The notes: generated by a model from the sequence alone, not told the origin. Numbered from the stretch's first letter, positions 1-10,464 are shown. The stretch is DNA of 64,000 bases from Microcoleus sp. (GCA_042408215.1 JAYFMW010000005.1:32001-96000), one strand, 5' to 3'. Translations and numbers: made by a program.

Positions 1-581
1 GTCGGAGACTTTTGATTTGATAATTCAGATTGTTTTTGTTGGGAACGGTATTGAGCAACTGCTAAAAAATAAGGCGACAAATCCACCCCAGTCATCTTCG
101 CTTCCGGGTAAATATCCTGAAGCGCAAAGGTACTCAGGCCCACACTGCATCCCAAATCTACAATATCTTGCGGTGAAGAAGCAATTTGAGATTTGACAAT
201 TTCGTGATAACTTTCGCGGAGTCTAGCATCACCTTCCGCACCCGCTTCCTGCCAAATTCTGGCGTGAACAGCACGGGCGGCCACTTCAACTTCTGTGGCG
301 GCTTCCCAACTCATATTACCTTTTTCGTAGGCGTGAAATGAAGTTAGATAATATTTCGGGTAAACAAGATCGGGATTTTGGACGCTGAGCAATTCTGCAT
401 CCCAATTCCGGGCCAAAAGTGCTTGGGCTTCCTGGCGCCAATGCACTCCTATTTTTTCGGCTCTTTTTATCATCATTTCTCGCGCTTGGTGTTTGGCGAG
501 ATTAGCCAATGGTTTGATGGAGAGTACGCCGTTTACTAAGCGCGATGCTAATCCTGGAGTTGTGTTAACAGTAGCAGTCAT
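1..581 (-). CDS. Class I SAM-dependent methyltransferase (3' end beyond window)
   Basis: Manual translation from ATG at 581: MTATVNTTPGLASRLVNG...FHAYEKGN...QDIVDLGCSVG (SAM motif I)...TGVDLSPYFL. The frame stays open to the window edge. Confidence 0.85.
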   Translation of the reverse strand, partial: MTATVNTTPGLASRLVNGVLSIKPLANLAKHQAREMMIKRAEKIGVHWRQEAQALLARNWDAELLSVQNPDLVYPKYYLTSFHAYEKGNMSWEAATEVEVAARAVHARIWQEAGAEGDARLRESYHEIVKSQIASSPQDIVDLGCSVGLSTFALQDIYPEAKMTGVDLSPYFLAVAQYRSQQKQSELSNQKSP

Positions 582-913
582 ATTTTATGTTTTTCTATTT
601 TGCGCCATCTATTTTAACATATCGCCGCGATTTTCTGTCAGTATATATAATGAAACTTAACTTGGTGAGGGCGCGTGAAATGTAAATGTTTTGTGAGGAA
701 GATTTTTTTTTATGAACCGCAGAGGCCGCAGAGAACGCAGAGTTAGAGAAGAGAGAAAAGATCGGAGTGGTGCAAAACTGGCTCTGGTCGTGTAATAGTT
801 ATTTGTATCTATCTACTTCTTTCTGCGGATTTTACTCGGAATCTGGAATGGGGTTTGTCGAAGTTGGAGTATTTGGAAGAACAGTTGTACATCTGGCTAT
901 TCAGGAGTTTGTG

Positions 914-1816
914 ATGAGTAAATCTATTGTGGAATTGGTTGACAATTTGCCCTCTGGTGGCATCACTGTGATGATGTTGAAATCTCTGGATTTTGTGGTT
1001 CCGGGCGAATGGAACAATCTCACGGGTTTTGATAATACTATTCAAGCTGTTACGGGGGAAACAAAGCGCAAATTAGTTGAGAAAATTCGCGATCGCGCGA
1101 TCGCACTTTACGCCAATCCCAACGAGCCCTATCAAGCCTCCGTCCGACTTTACCAGTTAGCAGACAGTGCTGACAGTGCTTTAGGCGTAACGGCTATGGC
1201 GAATAAAATCGGCGAAAACATCGGCTTTCTCTCCTTTCTCAGCAGCTTGACTCCGAAGGCTGACACCACTCAGGCGATCGACTTGTGTGTCAAAGTGGCG
1301 ATCGAGCTAATTGTCTTTTGTAAACTTAACAATCTTTCCCTTGACAATATGGGAAACTTTGGTAATTATTTATCCCATTACAAAGGTGAATCTCTGATGC
1401 GGATGGCTGCTTTGGTTTGTGCTGACGGTTTAATTCCCCTTGGCCCGGACTTCATTAGAGTAGCACAAAATACCCTAGTGGGATTGAATCCTTCAACCTT
1501 GCAGCAAAACTCAACTTTCCAAAATATCAGCAATTTAATTCCCGGCGGTAGTGGTGCGGCAAAACTTGGATTTGTGACCACAACTTTCGCTTCAGCCCAA
1601 GGTTGGATGAACAATTTAGTACAGTCTCGCGGCTTGACTCCCGCTACTGTTTTGGGCAATCTTAAGCAATATGTTGATGTTGCTGATGACAAGCTGGATT
1701 ATGTGGCGGCGTTTTTAGACATGAGTACCAATTATTATGAACATACGGGAATTCAAACTGTTGCTCGCCGATTGATCGATCGAGCTTATGCTGAAATAGA
1801 CTCTGGCAGATTCTAG
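914..1816 (+). CDS. Conserved cyanobacterial hypothetical protein
   Basis: Long ORF. Likely start MSKSIVELVDNLP at 914 with AGGAG RBS at 903-907. Confidence 0.8.
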   Translation: MSKSIVELVDNLPSGGITVMMLKSLDFVVPGEWNNLTGFDNTIQAVTGETKRKLVEKIRDRAIALYANPNEPYQASVRLYQLADSADSALGVTAMANKIGENIGFLSFLSSLTPKADTTQAIDLCVKVAIELIVFCKLNNLSLDNMGNFGNYLSHYKGESLMRMAALVCADGLIPLGPDFIRVAQNTLVGLNPSTLQQNSTFQNISNLIPGGSGAAKLGFVTTTFASAQGWMNNLVQSRGLTPATVLGNLKQYVDVADDKLDYVAAFLDMSTNYYEHTGIQTVARRLIDRAYAEIDSGRF

Positions 1817-1900
1817 AATATAGCATTTCTCAGTTGAGTGAAGTACAGATATCGGGTAGGGATACGGATATCGGGTAGGGATACTCCAAGAGCCCTTCTT

Positions 1901-2110
1901 TGTGTCAACTTAAGCTCAAACCCAGTCACAGATGGCTGTTTGACTATTAAAATTAGATCCCCCCTAGCCCCCCTTAAGAAGGGGGGGACAAGAGTCTTCT
2001 CTTTCGTCACCCCCTACTCACACCCTACTCCCTTCAAAAGGGGGATGCGAGGGGGATCTAGACTCAGCTAAAAGCGACATTTATCAACCATTTCAGGCGA
2101 TTGTTGACAC
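1901..2110. mobile_element. MITE-like element (GTGTCAAC...GTTGACAC termini, internal CCCCCTTAAGAAGGGGG hairpin)
   Basis: Terminal inverted repeats. A homologous copy starts at ~55817 (gtgtcaacttaa..tcaaacccagtcacaga..gctgtttgactattaa..ttagatccccc). Confidence 0.6.
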
Positions 2111-2217
2111 TCCTTGGGATCTTGGAGTGTCCCTACTACAGCGGACTAAGAAACCATCGATCGCAATGTGAGTTAAAATAAGCAGATTATGTTTAGCAAA
2201 CCAATTTCAATCCCATT

Positions 2218-3237
2218 GTGAAAAGCAAATCACTTCCTTCATCAGTAACAGTCAAACTCGGCAAATTTGTCTGGACATCAATGTGGCAATTAATGATGTC
2301 AAAACTAGCGCCGCCCGATCGCACGGGAGCATACATTCGCCCCAGCAGCAGTTTCCGCAATTTTGTCTCGACAGCAGCAGACAACCCTCACCAGCCCGCC
2401 ACGGCACGATATCGCCTCTTTGTTGGTATGGGATGCCCTTGGGCGCACCGCACTCTGGTGACGAGAGCGCTCAAAGGGCTAGAAGATGCCATATCCGTGT
2501 CTGTTGTCTATCCCTCTGAAGGAGGACTTTGGGTGATGGAGTCGGAGATATTTGGCTGTAACACGATGCGGGAACTTTACCAGTTGGCTTTACCGGGCTA
2601 TCAGGGGCGATGTACGGTGCCGGTGTTGTGGGATGACTCGAAAAGGGCGATCGTCAATAACGAGAGCTCGGAAATTATTGTGATGCTAAACTCGGAGTTT
2701 AATGAGTTTGCTAGCAATTCTGAAATGGATCTTTATCCTCTGGATTTGCGATCGCAAATTGACGAGTGGAATGAGAAGATTTACCAATCGGTGAATAACG
2801 GTGTTTATCGCTGTGGTTTCGCGCAATCTCAAGCTGCTTATGACTCGGCTTGTAGTGAATTGTTTGCTGTTTTGGACGAGATAGATCGATCGCTGTTGAT
2901 GAGTCGTTATCTTTGTGGCGATCGGGTGACGTTAGCAGATGTGCGGCTGTTTACTACTCTATTCCGTTTTGATGCCGTTTACTACAGCTTGTTCAAATGC
3001 AATGTGCGCCGCATTCAAGATTACGAGCATTTGGGAGCTTATCTGCGCGATTTGTATCAGTTACCGGGAGTTGCTGGTACTTGCGATTTGGAGGCTGTAA
3101 AGCGCGATTATTACGGCAATTTGTTCCCGCTGAATCCGGGCTGTATTATCCCGGCTGGGCCCGATGTGGGGAGTTTGCTCAAAGCTCACGATCGCGCGGG
3201 GATTCAGAAACCGGGTTTCTTAACAAAATCTCGGTGA
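2218..3237 (+). CDS. Glutathionyl-hydroquinone reductase / omega-like GST (YqjG/ECM4 family)
   Basis: CPWAHR, TVPVLWD, VNNESSEI, NNGVYRCGFA and TLFRFDAVY motifs. Confidence 0.92.
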   Translation: MKSKSLPSSVTVKLGKFVWTSMWQLMMSKLAPPDRTGAYIRPSSSFRNFVSTAADNPHQPATARYRLFVGMGCPWAHRTLVTRALKGLEDAISVSVVYPSEGGLWVMESEIFGCNTMRELYQLALPGYQGRCTVPVLWDDSKRAIVNNESSEIIVMLNSEFNEFASNSEMDLYPLDLRSQIDEWNEKIYQSVNNGVYRCGFAQSQAAYDSACSELFAVLDEIDRSLLMSRYLCGDRVTLADVRLFTTLFRFDAVYYSLFKCNVRRIQDYEHLGAYLRDLYQLPGVAGTCDLEAVKRDYYGNLFPLNPGCIIPAGPDVGSLLKAHDRAGIQKPGFLTKSR

Positions 3238-3572
3238 GGATGCGAAAATCATCGCAGAAACCCGGTTTCTTGGATTAGGGGCGATCGCGCGAGAACTCAG
3301 AAACCGGGTTTCTTCGTAAAATCTCGGTGAGGATGCGAAAATTCTCGCAGAAACCCGGTTTCTTGGCTTAGGATTAGGGGCGATCGCGCAGGGCTCAGAA
3401 ACCGGGTTTCTTCGTAAAATCTCGTGAGGATGCGTAAATTCTCGTAGAAACCCGGTTTCTTGGCTTAGGATTAGGGGCGATCGCGCAGGGCTCAGAAACC
3501 GGGTTTCTTCGTAAAATCTCGTGAGGATGCGTAAATTCTCGTAGAAACCCGGTTTCTTGGATTAGGGGCGAT
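3190..3572. repeat. Tandem array (~4 units) of palindromic AGAAACCGGGTTTCT-N~30-AGAAACCCGGTTTCT element separated by HIP1 sites
   Basis: Directly visible repeated units of ~90 bp. The internal segments are near-identical, so this is not CRISPR. Confidence 0.9.
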
Positions 3573-3579
3573 CTCGATA

Positions 3580-4230
3580 TTATGATTGAATTTCACTTGT
3601 TGGCTCGTTCACTTCTTCTGCTTTGACCTCAAAATTAATTCCTTCGTAAATATCTCTCAGCGGCATTTGAAATTCTACGGATTCTAGGGTTAATACAGAT
3701 TCCTCTGAATCATATTCTGTTAATACCCATTTCCCATTAGAATTTTTAGCAAATTGTTCGATGTGATAGCTATATTGGTCAATTAAAATGTATTCTTTAA
3801 ACTCAGGAATTGAGCGATAGGCGAGAAATTTGCCACCTCGATCGTAGTCTTTGGTTGAATTGGATAAAATCTCAATGATTAGGAGAGGATTTGTAACAAT
3901 TGTTTGGTTATTTTCCTGATATACTGGTTCTCCTTGAATGACCATGATATCGGGATAGACGTAGCGGCGAGTTAGGGGTATCCACAGACGCACGTCGCTA
4001 GTAAATAAGCTGTAATTTTTGCCGCGTAAGCCAAATTTTAAGTTAGCAATCAAGTTAATGATGATGCTGTTGTGGTTGGTGGTTCCGCCTGTCATTGGTA
4101 TGATCTCCCCATCATGGTATTCACTTTTGTCGATCGCACTTTCTTCTAATGCGAGATATTCCTCTGGGGTGTAGTACCGTTTTTCGGTTTGTGGCTTCTT
4201 TTCGATGGTTGGTCTTTCTTGGGTTTGCAT
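3580..4230 (-). CDS. Uma2 family (DUF820) PD-(D/E)XK nuclease
   Basis: YTPEEYL..E, EYHDGEI, YPDIMV, LIIEILSNST, EYILIDQ motifs. Confidence 0.92.
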   Translation of the reverse strand: MQTQERPTIEKKPQTEKRYYTPEEYLALEESAIDKSEYHDGEIIPMTGGTTNHNSIIINLIANLKFGLRGKNYSLFTSDVRLWIPLTRRYVYPDIMVIQGEPVYQENNQTIVTNPLLIIEILSNSTKDYDRGGKFLAYRSIPEFKEYILIDQYSYHIEQFAKNSNGKWVLTEYDSEESVLTLESVEFQMPLRDIYEGINFEVKAEEVNEPTSEIQS

Positions 4231-4269
4231 TGTGAGTTCCTTCTGTTTTGAAGTGATTTTATGATAACA

Positions 4270-4544
4270 GCGATCGCGTGGGGTTCAGAAACCGGGTTTC
4301 TTCGTAAAATCTGATGAGGATGCCAAAATTATCGCAGAAACCCGGTTTCTTGGCTAAGGCTGAGGCGCGATCGCGTGGGGATTCAGAAACCGGGTTTCTT
4401 AACAAAATCTCGGTGATGATGCAAAAATCATCGCAGAAACCCGGTTTCTTGGATTAGGGGCGATCGCGCGGGGACTTAGAAACCGGGTTTCTTACCCACA
4501 TTTCGGTGAGGATGCCAAAATTATCGCAGAAACCCGGTTTCTTT
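4270..4544. repeat. Tandem array (3 units) of the same HIP1-bounded palindromic element
   Basis: cagaaaccgggtttct...agaaacccggtttct repeated, each preceded by gcgatcgc. Confidence 0.9.
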
Positions 4545-4556
4545 CTAACAACTTAA

Positions 4557-4769
4557 CTAAAAACCCAATAGAGCCTTTTGAACTTCCTCCGGTGAGACTT
4601 GAACTAGATTTTCATTCATGACATTTTCGTACTGGTGACTCAACTCAATCATTCCGCCAACAGCGTTTACAAGCCTAAGTTGGAGGGAGGAAGAGTGATT
4701 TGACCATACCTCCCCTTCACGAACACCATAATTGCCTGTAAGTTGATTTTTGTAAAAGGGTTTACTCAT
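4557..4769 (-). CDS. Small hypothetical protein
   Basis: 70-aa ORF with ATG start, 38 nt downstream of the co-oriented cold-shock domain gene. Confidence 0.55.
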   Translation of the reverse strand: MSKPFYKNQLTGNYGVREGEVWSNHSSSLQLRLVNAVGGMIELSHQYENVMNENLVQVSPEEVQKALLGF

Positions 4770-4807
4770 TTTTGTCTAATCCTATTTACTGTTGATTGAG
4801 TTTTCCA

Positions 4808-6016
4808 TTATTCTTGATTTCTTGAATATATCTCTTGAAATGGTTTAAAATGTATTGCTCTAGCACTCGTCCCCTGGTTTCTCAAACGGAGTTCCTGACA
4901 AATAATTGTATAAATTTCTGGAGGAAATCCCCCAGTAAACAGCCATCTTGTACCTCCATCTTCCATTGTCACAATACCTGAGATAGTTGGATACCTACGA
5001 CCAAGTTGATTTATTCTAATATAGTCTGAGAGTTGCGTACTATGTGTAAAACCTAAAGGACCCAGATCCTTTAGTAGTCGATATAACTCATCAGCGCTCG
5101 TTATATCTAAGCGATACCTCTTAGCTATTCTTAGAATTTCATCAACCTCCGCTGCATCTAAGTCATACTTCTTAGCTATGCTTAGAATTTCATAAACCTT
5201 CGTTATATCTAAGTCATACTTCTTAGCTATGCTTAGAATTTCATAAACCTTCGTTATATCTAAGTCATACTTCTTAGCTATGCTTAGAATTTCATCAACC
5301 TTCGCTGTATCTAAGCCATACTTCTTAGCTATGCTTAGAATTTCATCAACCTTCGCTGTATCTAAGCCATACTTCTTAGCTATTTTTAGAATTTCATAAA
5401 CCTTCGTTATATCTAAGCCATACTTCTTAGCTATGCTTAGAATTTCATAAGCCTTCGTTGTATCTAAGTCATACTTCTTAGCTATTTTTAGAATTTCATA
5501 AGCCTCCGTTGTAAAGTCATACTTCTTAGCTATTCTTACAATTTCATTTTGGAGTAAAGCTTCTGCTTCCCTGCGTTGCTCCTCCTCTGCCGCTCTAAGC
5601 TCACTCTCTAAGTTATCTCGCTCAGCACTTAGTTCATGTTTGCGATCAACTCCAACCAACTCTCTCGTCAAAAGGTCAAGCCAACTAGGTTTTGGAGAGC
5701 CTATATTTTTCCAGATACTCTCTACTTTTTGGATCAAACCACATAATTCATTTTTGTAACTTTGAGGGATATCGTTTGCGTTTAGCCAAAGCTTACTAAC
5801 TTGTTCGCCTTTTTCGGTGGTTTCAATTTCATACCAGAAATTGACTGTTTCAAAAGCTTCGCCACTGTCCAATTTTTGGGCTAACTCAGGATGCTTTTTC
5901 TTGATTTTTTTGATATGGAAGAAAACTTTTCCATCAGGATTAAAAAAAGTATGACCTACAAACCCAAATCCTCTATCAGAATTGTAGCCTTTGATACTGC
6001 CGAAGTCTATTGTCAT
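4808..6016 (-). CDS. Cold-shock (OB-fold) domain protein with internal 17-aa tandem repeats
   Basis: N-terminal GSIKGYNSDRGFGFV...VFFHI (RNP1/RNP2 CSD motifs), then a coiled segment and ~9 repeats of KKYxLDxxKxxEILxIA. Confidence 0.8.
   Translation of the reverse strand: MTIDFGSIKGYNSDRGFGFVGHTFFNPDGKVFFHIKKIKKKHPELAQKLDSGEAFETVNFWYEIETTEKGEQVSKLWLNANDIPQSYKNELCGLIQKVESIWKNIGSPKPSWLDLLTRELVGVDRKHELSAERDNLESELRAAEEEQRREAEALLQNEIVRIAKKYDFTTEAYEILKIAKKYDLDTTKAYEILSIAKKYGLDITKVYEILKIAKKYGLDTAKVDEILSIAKKYGLDTAKVDEILSIAKKYDLDITKVYEILSIAKKYDLDITKVYEILSIAKKYDLDAAEVDEILRIAKRYRLDITSADELYRLLKDLGPLGFTHSTQLSDYIRINQLGRRYPTISGIVTMEDGGTRWLFTGGFPPEIYTIICQELRLRNQGTSARAIHFKPFQEIYSRNQE
5101..5540 (-). repeat. 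Intragenic 51-bp tandem repeat, ~9 copies
   Basis: ttagctat recurs at 5121, 5172, 5223, 5274, 5325, 5376, 5427, 5478 and 5526 (last interval 48 bp). Confidence 0.92.
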
Positions 6017-6076
6017 AAAACCAATTCTACTCACTTACTACAAAGGGGGCATATCCATTCTATCGCCATTCTATCG

Positions 6077-6874
6077 CTATAGCAAACCGTCAGGAGTTAT
6101 GAACGAGGCACTTCTTGCATCATAATCCCAACCCGCTAAATAAATCCGCAGTAAATCCCCATCAAACTTAGACTCTAAAACCACAGTGGGGACTGATTTG
6201 AGGACGTGATGCAAAGTATCGATCGCGGTTTTGCCATGAAAATATTTACTTTTCCAATCCGCCCCTTGATATCTTACACCTAAACGCCCGATATAATGAC
6301 CATCGCGATAAAATTTGTGTCCATCTACAGTCCCCGCTTGACCCATAGCATAACCATTCCAAAAAACTTCATCGCCAACAAAGTTAACTGAATTGCTATC
6401 ATCTTTAGTAATCGCCCCTGAATGTGTAGATGAACTTTTTGCCGAAAATTCAACAAAATTTTCCGAGTGATTATCGGATGAAAAACTATCCTGAAAATGG
6501 TTATTATCAGTATGGGATATAGTTGAATGAGAGACGAAACCTTGATGATGACTTTCTGAATAAAGATCCGTTTTGAACTCAGCCAAACTCTCTCGATATG
6601 CAGCATCCAAAGCACCCGCCGGAGTCATCAATGAATGGTGGGAATGATCGACCCCATCTAAAGCACCAACATGGTTTAAATCATGGGGATGGTGAACCTC
6701 ACCCAAATTCAAGTTAAGGTGAGATAAATCAAGAGGATCTGACGGGTGATGGTTGTGGTGGTGGTGCGAATCTGAACTATGGGAATCTGAACTTAAAGAT
6801 TGTATAAAGTCATCCAAGGGAGAATGACTACCACTCTGGGATGCGTCGTCAAAGGGGTTATTCACTGGTGTCAA
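6077..6874 (-). CDS. His/Ser/Asp-rich hypothetical protein, possibly chimeric
   Basis: 265-aa ORF with a TTG start. Low-complexity His-rich N-half and a compositionally different C-terminus. Confidence 0.5.
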   Translation of the reverse strand: MTPVNNPFDDASQSGSHSPLDDFIQSLSSDSHSSDSHHHHNHHPSDPLDLSHLNLNLGEVHHPHDLNHVGALDGVDHSHHSLMTPAGALDAAYRESLAEFKTDLYSESHHQGFVSHSTISHTDNNHFQDSFSSDNHSENFVEFSAKSSSTHSGAITKDDSNSVNFVGDEVFWNGYAMGQAGTVDGHKFYRDGHYIGRLGVRYQGADWKSKYFHGKTAIDTLHHVLKSVPTVVLESKFDGDLLRIYLAGWDYDARSASFITPDGLL

Positions 6875-6933
6875 AAGAGAAAAATTATAGTTTCTATTTT
6901 AGCAAGGTTATCTGTTTTCCGCCCGTCTTTGGC

Positions 6934-7503
6934 GCGATCGCGTGGGACTCAGAAACCGGGTTTCTTACCCAAATCTCTGTTTGGATGCCAAAATTCTCGC
7001 AGAAACCCGGTTTCTTGGATTAGGCGCGTGGGGCGATCGCGTGGGACTCAGAAACCGGGTTTCTTACCCAAATCTCGGTGAGGATGCCTAAATTGTCGCA
7101 GAAACCCGGTTTCTTGGATTAGGCGCGTGGGGCGATCGCGTGGGGGACTTAGAAACCGGGTTTCTTACTCAAATCTCGGTAAGGATGCCAAAATTCTCGC
7201 AGAAACCCGGTTTCTTGGATTAGGCGCGTGGGGATCAGAAACCGGGTTTCTTAACAAAATCTCGGTGAGGATGCGAAAATTCTCCTAGAAACCCGGTTTC
7301 TTGGCTTAGGATTAGGGCCGATCGCGCGGAGCCTCAGAAACCGGGTTTCTTAACAAAATCTCGGTGAGGATGCGAAAATCATCGTAGAAACCCGGTTTCT
7401 TGGCTTAGGATTAGGGCCGATCGCGCGGAGCCTCAGAAACCGGGTTTCTGACCAAAATCTCGGTGAGGATGCCAAAATCATCGTAGAAACCCGGTTTCTT
7501 GGA
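6934..7503. repeat. Tandem array (~6 units) of the palindromic AGAAACCGGGTTTCT element
   Basis: Same unit as 3190-3572, with HIP1 or HIP1-like sites at most junctions. Confidence 0.9.
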
Positions 7504-7524
7504 CAAGGAGGATTCGGCGGGTTC

Positions 7525-8451
7525 TTAACTTGCAGATAAAATCTCTTCAAGTGCTAGTTTCAACGTCGGATATTCATATTGAAAACCGCTAACTAAAGTC
7601 TGTTTTGGCAACACCTGCTGACCTTCCAAAACAACTTTTGCCCCGTCTCCCAACAGCAATTCTAAAGCAAAACTTGGCACCGGCAACCAAGAAGGCCGCT
7701 TTAAAATTTCTCCTAATGTTTCGCACAATTCATTCATCCGAACTGGATTAGGTGCTGTCGCATTCAAAACACCTTCAATTTGCGGATTTTGCAAAGCATA
7801 CAATATTAAATTAACCACATCATCCCGGTGAATCCAAGAAAACCATTGTTTCCCTGTGCCGATCGGACCACCAGCAAATAATCTAAAAGCAGGTACCATT
7901 TTTGCCAGGGCACCTCCCATTCCCAAAACTATCCCCAGCCGCAAAATTACTAGCCGCGTTCCCGCATTTTTCACGGGTTGCGCCGCCGCTTCCCACTCTT
8001 TGCAAACTGTCGCTAAAAAATCATCCCCACCCAGGCTATTTTCCTCAAACTCGGCGGTTTCGCTGGTTCCGTAATAGCCGATCGCACTTGCACTCACAAA
8101 CACCGATGGTTTAGGATTAGCAAGTGCGATCGCCTCGACCAATTTTGCCGTTGTTAATTTGCGACTATCCAGAATTGCTTGCTGGCGCGCCGCCGTCCAC
8201 CTTTCCTCGGCGATCGGCACCCCAGCTAAATTTACAACACCATCGCAGCCCGCGATCGAATGCAGCCAATCACCAGACTCCGCTGGAGTGTAACCGACAA
8301 TTTCCAGATTCGGATAAGCTGAAGCGGGAAAAACTCGCCGAGCTCGCTCCGAGTCGCGGGCTAAAACCAGCACACTATGTCCTTCCGAATGCAGCCTCTC
8401 TACTAAGCGGCTACCTACAAATCCCGTTGCTCCTGCGATCGCTACTTTCAT
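7525..8451 (-). CDS. TIGR01777 family NAD-dependent epimerase/oxidoreductase (ThyD-like)
   Basis: MKVAIAGATGFVG Rossmann motif, NLAG, SASAIGYYG, GPIGTGKQWFSWIH. Confidence 0.9.
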   Translation of the reverse strand: MKVAIAGATGFVGSRLVERLHSEGHSVLVLARDSERARRVFPASAYPNLEIVGYTPAESGDWLHSIAGCDGVVNLAGVPIAEERWTAARQQAILDSRKLTTAKLVEAIALANPKPSVFVSASAIGYYGTSETAEFEENSLGGDDFLATVCKEWEAAAQPVKNAGTRLVILRLGIVLGMGGALAKMVPAFRLFAGGPIGTGKQWFSWIHRDDVVNLILYALQNPQIEGVLNATAPNPVRMNELCETLGEILKRPSWLPVPSFALELLLGDGAKVVLEGQQVLPKQTLVSGFQYEYPTLKLALEEILSAS

Positions 8452-8569
8452 TTTTAACCAATAATGCACATTTTTAGTATTTTAGACGATCGTCCAAACT
8501 TGTCTTAAAAGTATACAAAACTAGAGCCTGCCCGATCGCCTCAACACAAGCTTTATGTATAGCACTAAT

Positions 8570-8673
8570 ATCGTTTCCGGTTGCATCGGAATGATTTAAC
8601 CGCAGAGGGCGCAGAGGGCGCAGAGGGAGAGAAGAGAGAGATGAATAATTCCGATGCTACCGGATTTGATATA
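8570..8673. mobile_element. ~100-bp MITE-like dispersed repeat
   Basis: Imperfect TIRs (tccggttgcatcggaat / attccgatgctaccgga). An inverted homolog lies at ~42491-42592. Confidence 0.6.
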
Positions 8674-8835
8674 AGGCCGAGTGTCACAATTAGTAAGGTG
8701 CGTCAGATACCTAAACCCTCAATCATCGCTCTAGAAATTCGCCTGACGCACCCTACAATTTGATTTCAGTATGCCAGTTGTGTAAGTCCTGATGTATTTT
8801 GATTAAACTAATAGGGGATGCGAGGAACACAAACA

Positions 8836-10464
8836 ATGCCTGCAAAAAAACCAAAGCTTCTAATTGCTGCCGTCATCATCGCAGCAGGTAGCGCCGCGGT
8901 CTACTTTTACTTCAAGGGTTTAGCCGAAAAAGTGTCCAACCCTCTCGAAAGTGCCAAAGTTGTACCCGACAAAGCAATGATGGCCGCGTTCATCTCCCCC
9001 AATCCCCAAGCGCTGTCCCAGTTGCAGCAATTTGGCACCCCAGGGGCTCAAAAGTTACTCGGCCAGGGTTTGAAGGCCTTTCAAGAACAAAGCTTGGCGG
9101 GCACTGAAATTGACTATGACAAGGACTTAAAGCCTTGGCTGGGCGGCGTGATGGTGGCTTTGCTTCCCCCTGATGGTGAGGCGAAGACGGAACCCCCGAA
9201 ACTGCTGCTGGTGGTAAGCGTGAAAAATCCAATTAGCGCTTGGAATTTTGCTAATAAATTAAAATCTCAGCAAGGTGCAAAAATTCAAGAGAGCGAGTAT
9301 AAAGGGGTAAAAATTTCTGAGATTACAGAACCAAGCGGTAAGGGCTACAGTGTGGCTTTGCTTGACGATCAATTAGTGATGGCTCCTTTCAGAAAGTCTG
9401 TGGAATTGGCGATCGATACTTTTAAAGGACAGCCTTCTCTCGCCTCGCAGCAGAGTGCAACTAAGTTTTTGGCTGAAAGTGCAGGGGTACAAAATCCGAT
9501 CGCAAATGTTTATATTCCTGATTATCCGGAAGCAATGGAGCAACTTCAAGCTAATTTGCCGCCAGATGTGAAATTGCCTTCAACCATGATTTCGCAGTTC
9601 AAACAAGTTAAGTCAATGGTTGCGGGAATTGGGATTGATCCGGCGGGATTGAGGGTGAAAAGTATCGCTCAGTTAGACCCTAAATTTCCTCAGCAAAATC
9701 CACAATTGCCATCGAAATTGTTGCCGATATTTCCGGGTGAAACTATTGCTTTAGTTGGCGGCAAGGGAATTGATAAAGTTTGGTCGGAAGCAACCGCCGA
9801 GGCAAAAACCAACCCGGATCTTACTAGCAGTATGAAGCAGATTCGGGATGGTTTGAAGCGGTTGAATTTGGATGCGGATCGAGATGTTTTTGGTTGGATG
9901 AATGGGGAATTTGCGATCGGGGCGATCGCTTCTAATCAAGGCATTTTGGCTCAGTTTGGGATGGGCGCGACGATGATTTTTGAAACGAGCGATCGCCCCG
10001 CAGCCGAAACGATGCTCAAAAAACTCGATGCGATCGCCAAAAGCAATCCTACAGTCAGCGTCGCCCCCAGACAAGTTCAGGGAAAGGAGGTTACGGAGTG
10101 GAAAATACCGCAACAAGGGACTTTATTCGGGCACGGCTGGCTGAATCAAAATACGATGTTTGTAGCTTTCGGGGGGCCTTTAGTTGATGTGATTAGTGCT
10201 ACTCCGCCGCAGCCGTTAAGCAGCAGTCCGAATTTTCAGGCGATCGCCACTTCTGTCTCACCGGGCGATCGGGGTTACTTTTACCTAGATATGGAAAAAA
10301 CCATGTCTTGGGCTAACCAATACCTGCTCAAAGCAGCACCAACTTTAGTTTCACCACCCACCGCTGAAGTGCTGAATTCTATTCGAGGAGTTAGCATAGT
10401 CACAACTTCCCCAGAGCCCTCAATTGCTCAATTGGAAATGCTGTTTTCCTTCAAATCTAATTAG
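8836..10464 (+). CDS. DUF3352-type membrane-anchored protein
   Basis: N-terminal TM anchor plus DYDKDLKPWLG, DVFGWMNGEFA and GYFYLD motifs typical of the family. Confidence 0.8.
   Translation: MPAKKPKLLIAAVIIAAGSAAVYFYFKGLAEKVSNPLESAKVVPDKAMMAAFISPNPQALSQLQQFGTPGAQKLLGQGLKAFQEQSLAGTEIDYDKDLKPWLGGVMVALLPPDGEAKTEPPKLLLVVSVKNPISAWNFANKLKSQQGAKIQESEYKGVKISEITEPSGKGYSVALLDDQLVMAPFRKSVELAIDTFKGQPSLASQQSATKFLAESAGVQNPIANVYIPDYPEAMEQLQANLPPDVKLPSTMISQFKQVKSMVAGIGIDPAGLRVKSIAQLDPKFPQQNPQLPSKLLPIFPGETIALVGGKGIDKVWSEATAEAKTNPDLTSSMKQIRDGLKRLNLDADRDVFGWMNGEFAIGAIASNQGILAQFGMGATMIFETSDRPAAETMLKKLDAIAKSNPTVSVAPRQVQGKEVTEWKIPQQGTLFGHGWLNQNTMFVAFGGPLVDVISATPPQPLSSSPNFQAIATSVSPGDRGYFYLDMEKTMSWANQYLLKAAPTLVSPPTAEVLNSIRGVSIVTTSPEPSIAQLEMLFSFKSN

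Noticed and set aside
1813..2071. Short ORFs containing PLAPLKKGG (also 10529-10747, 21645-21854)
   Set aside because: Translations of dispersed hairpin repeats.
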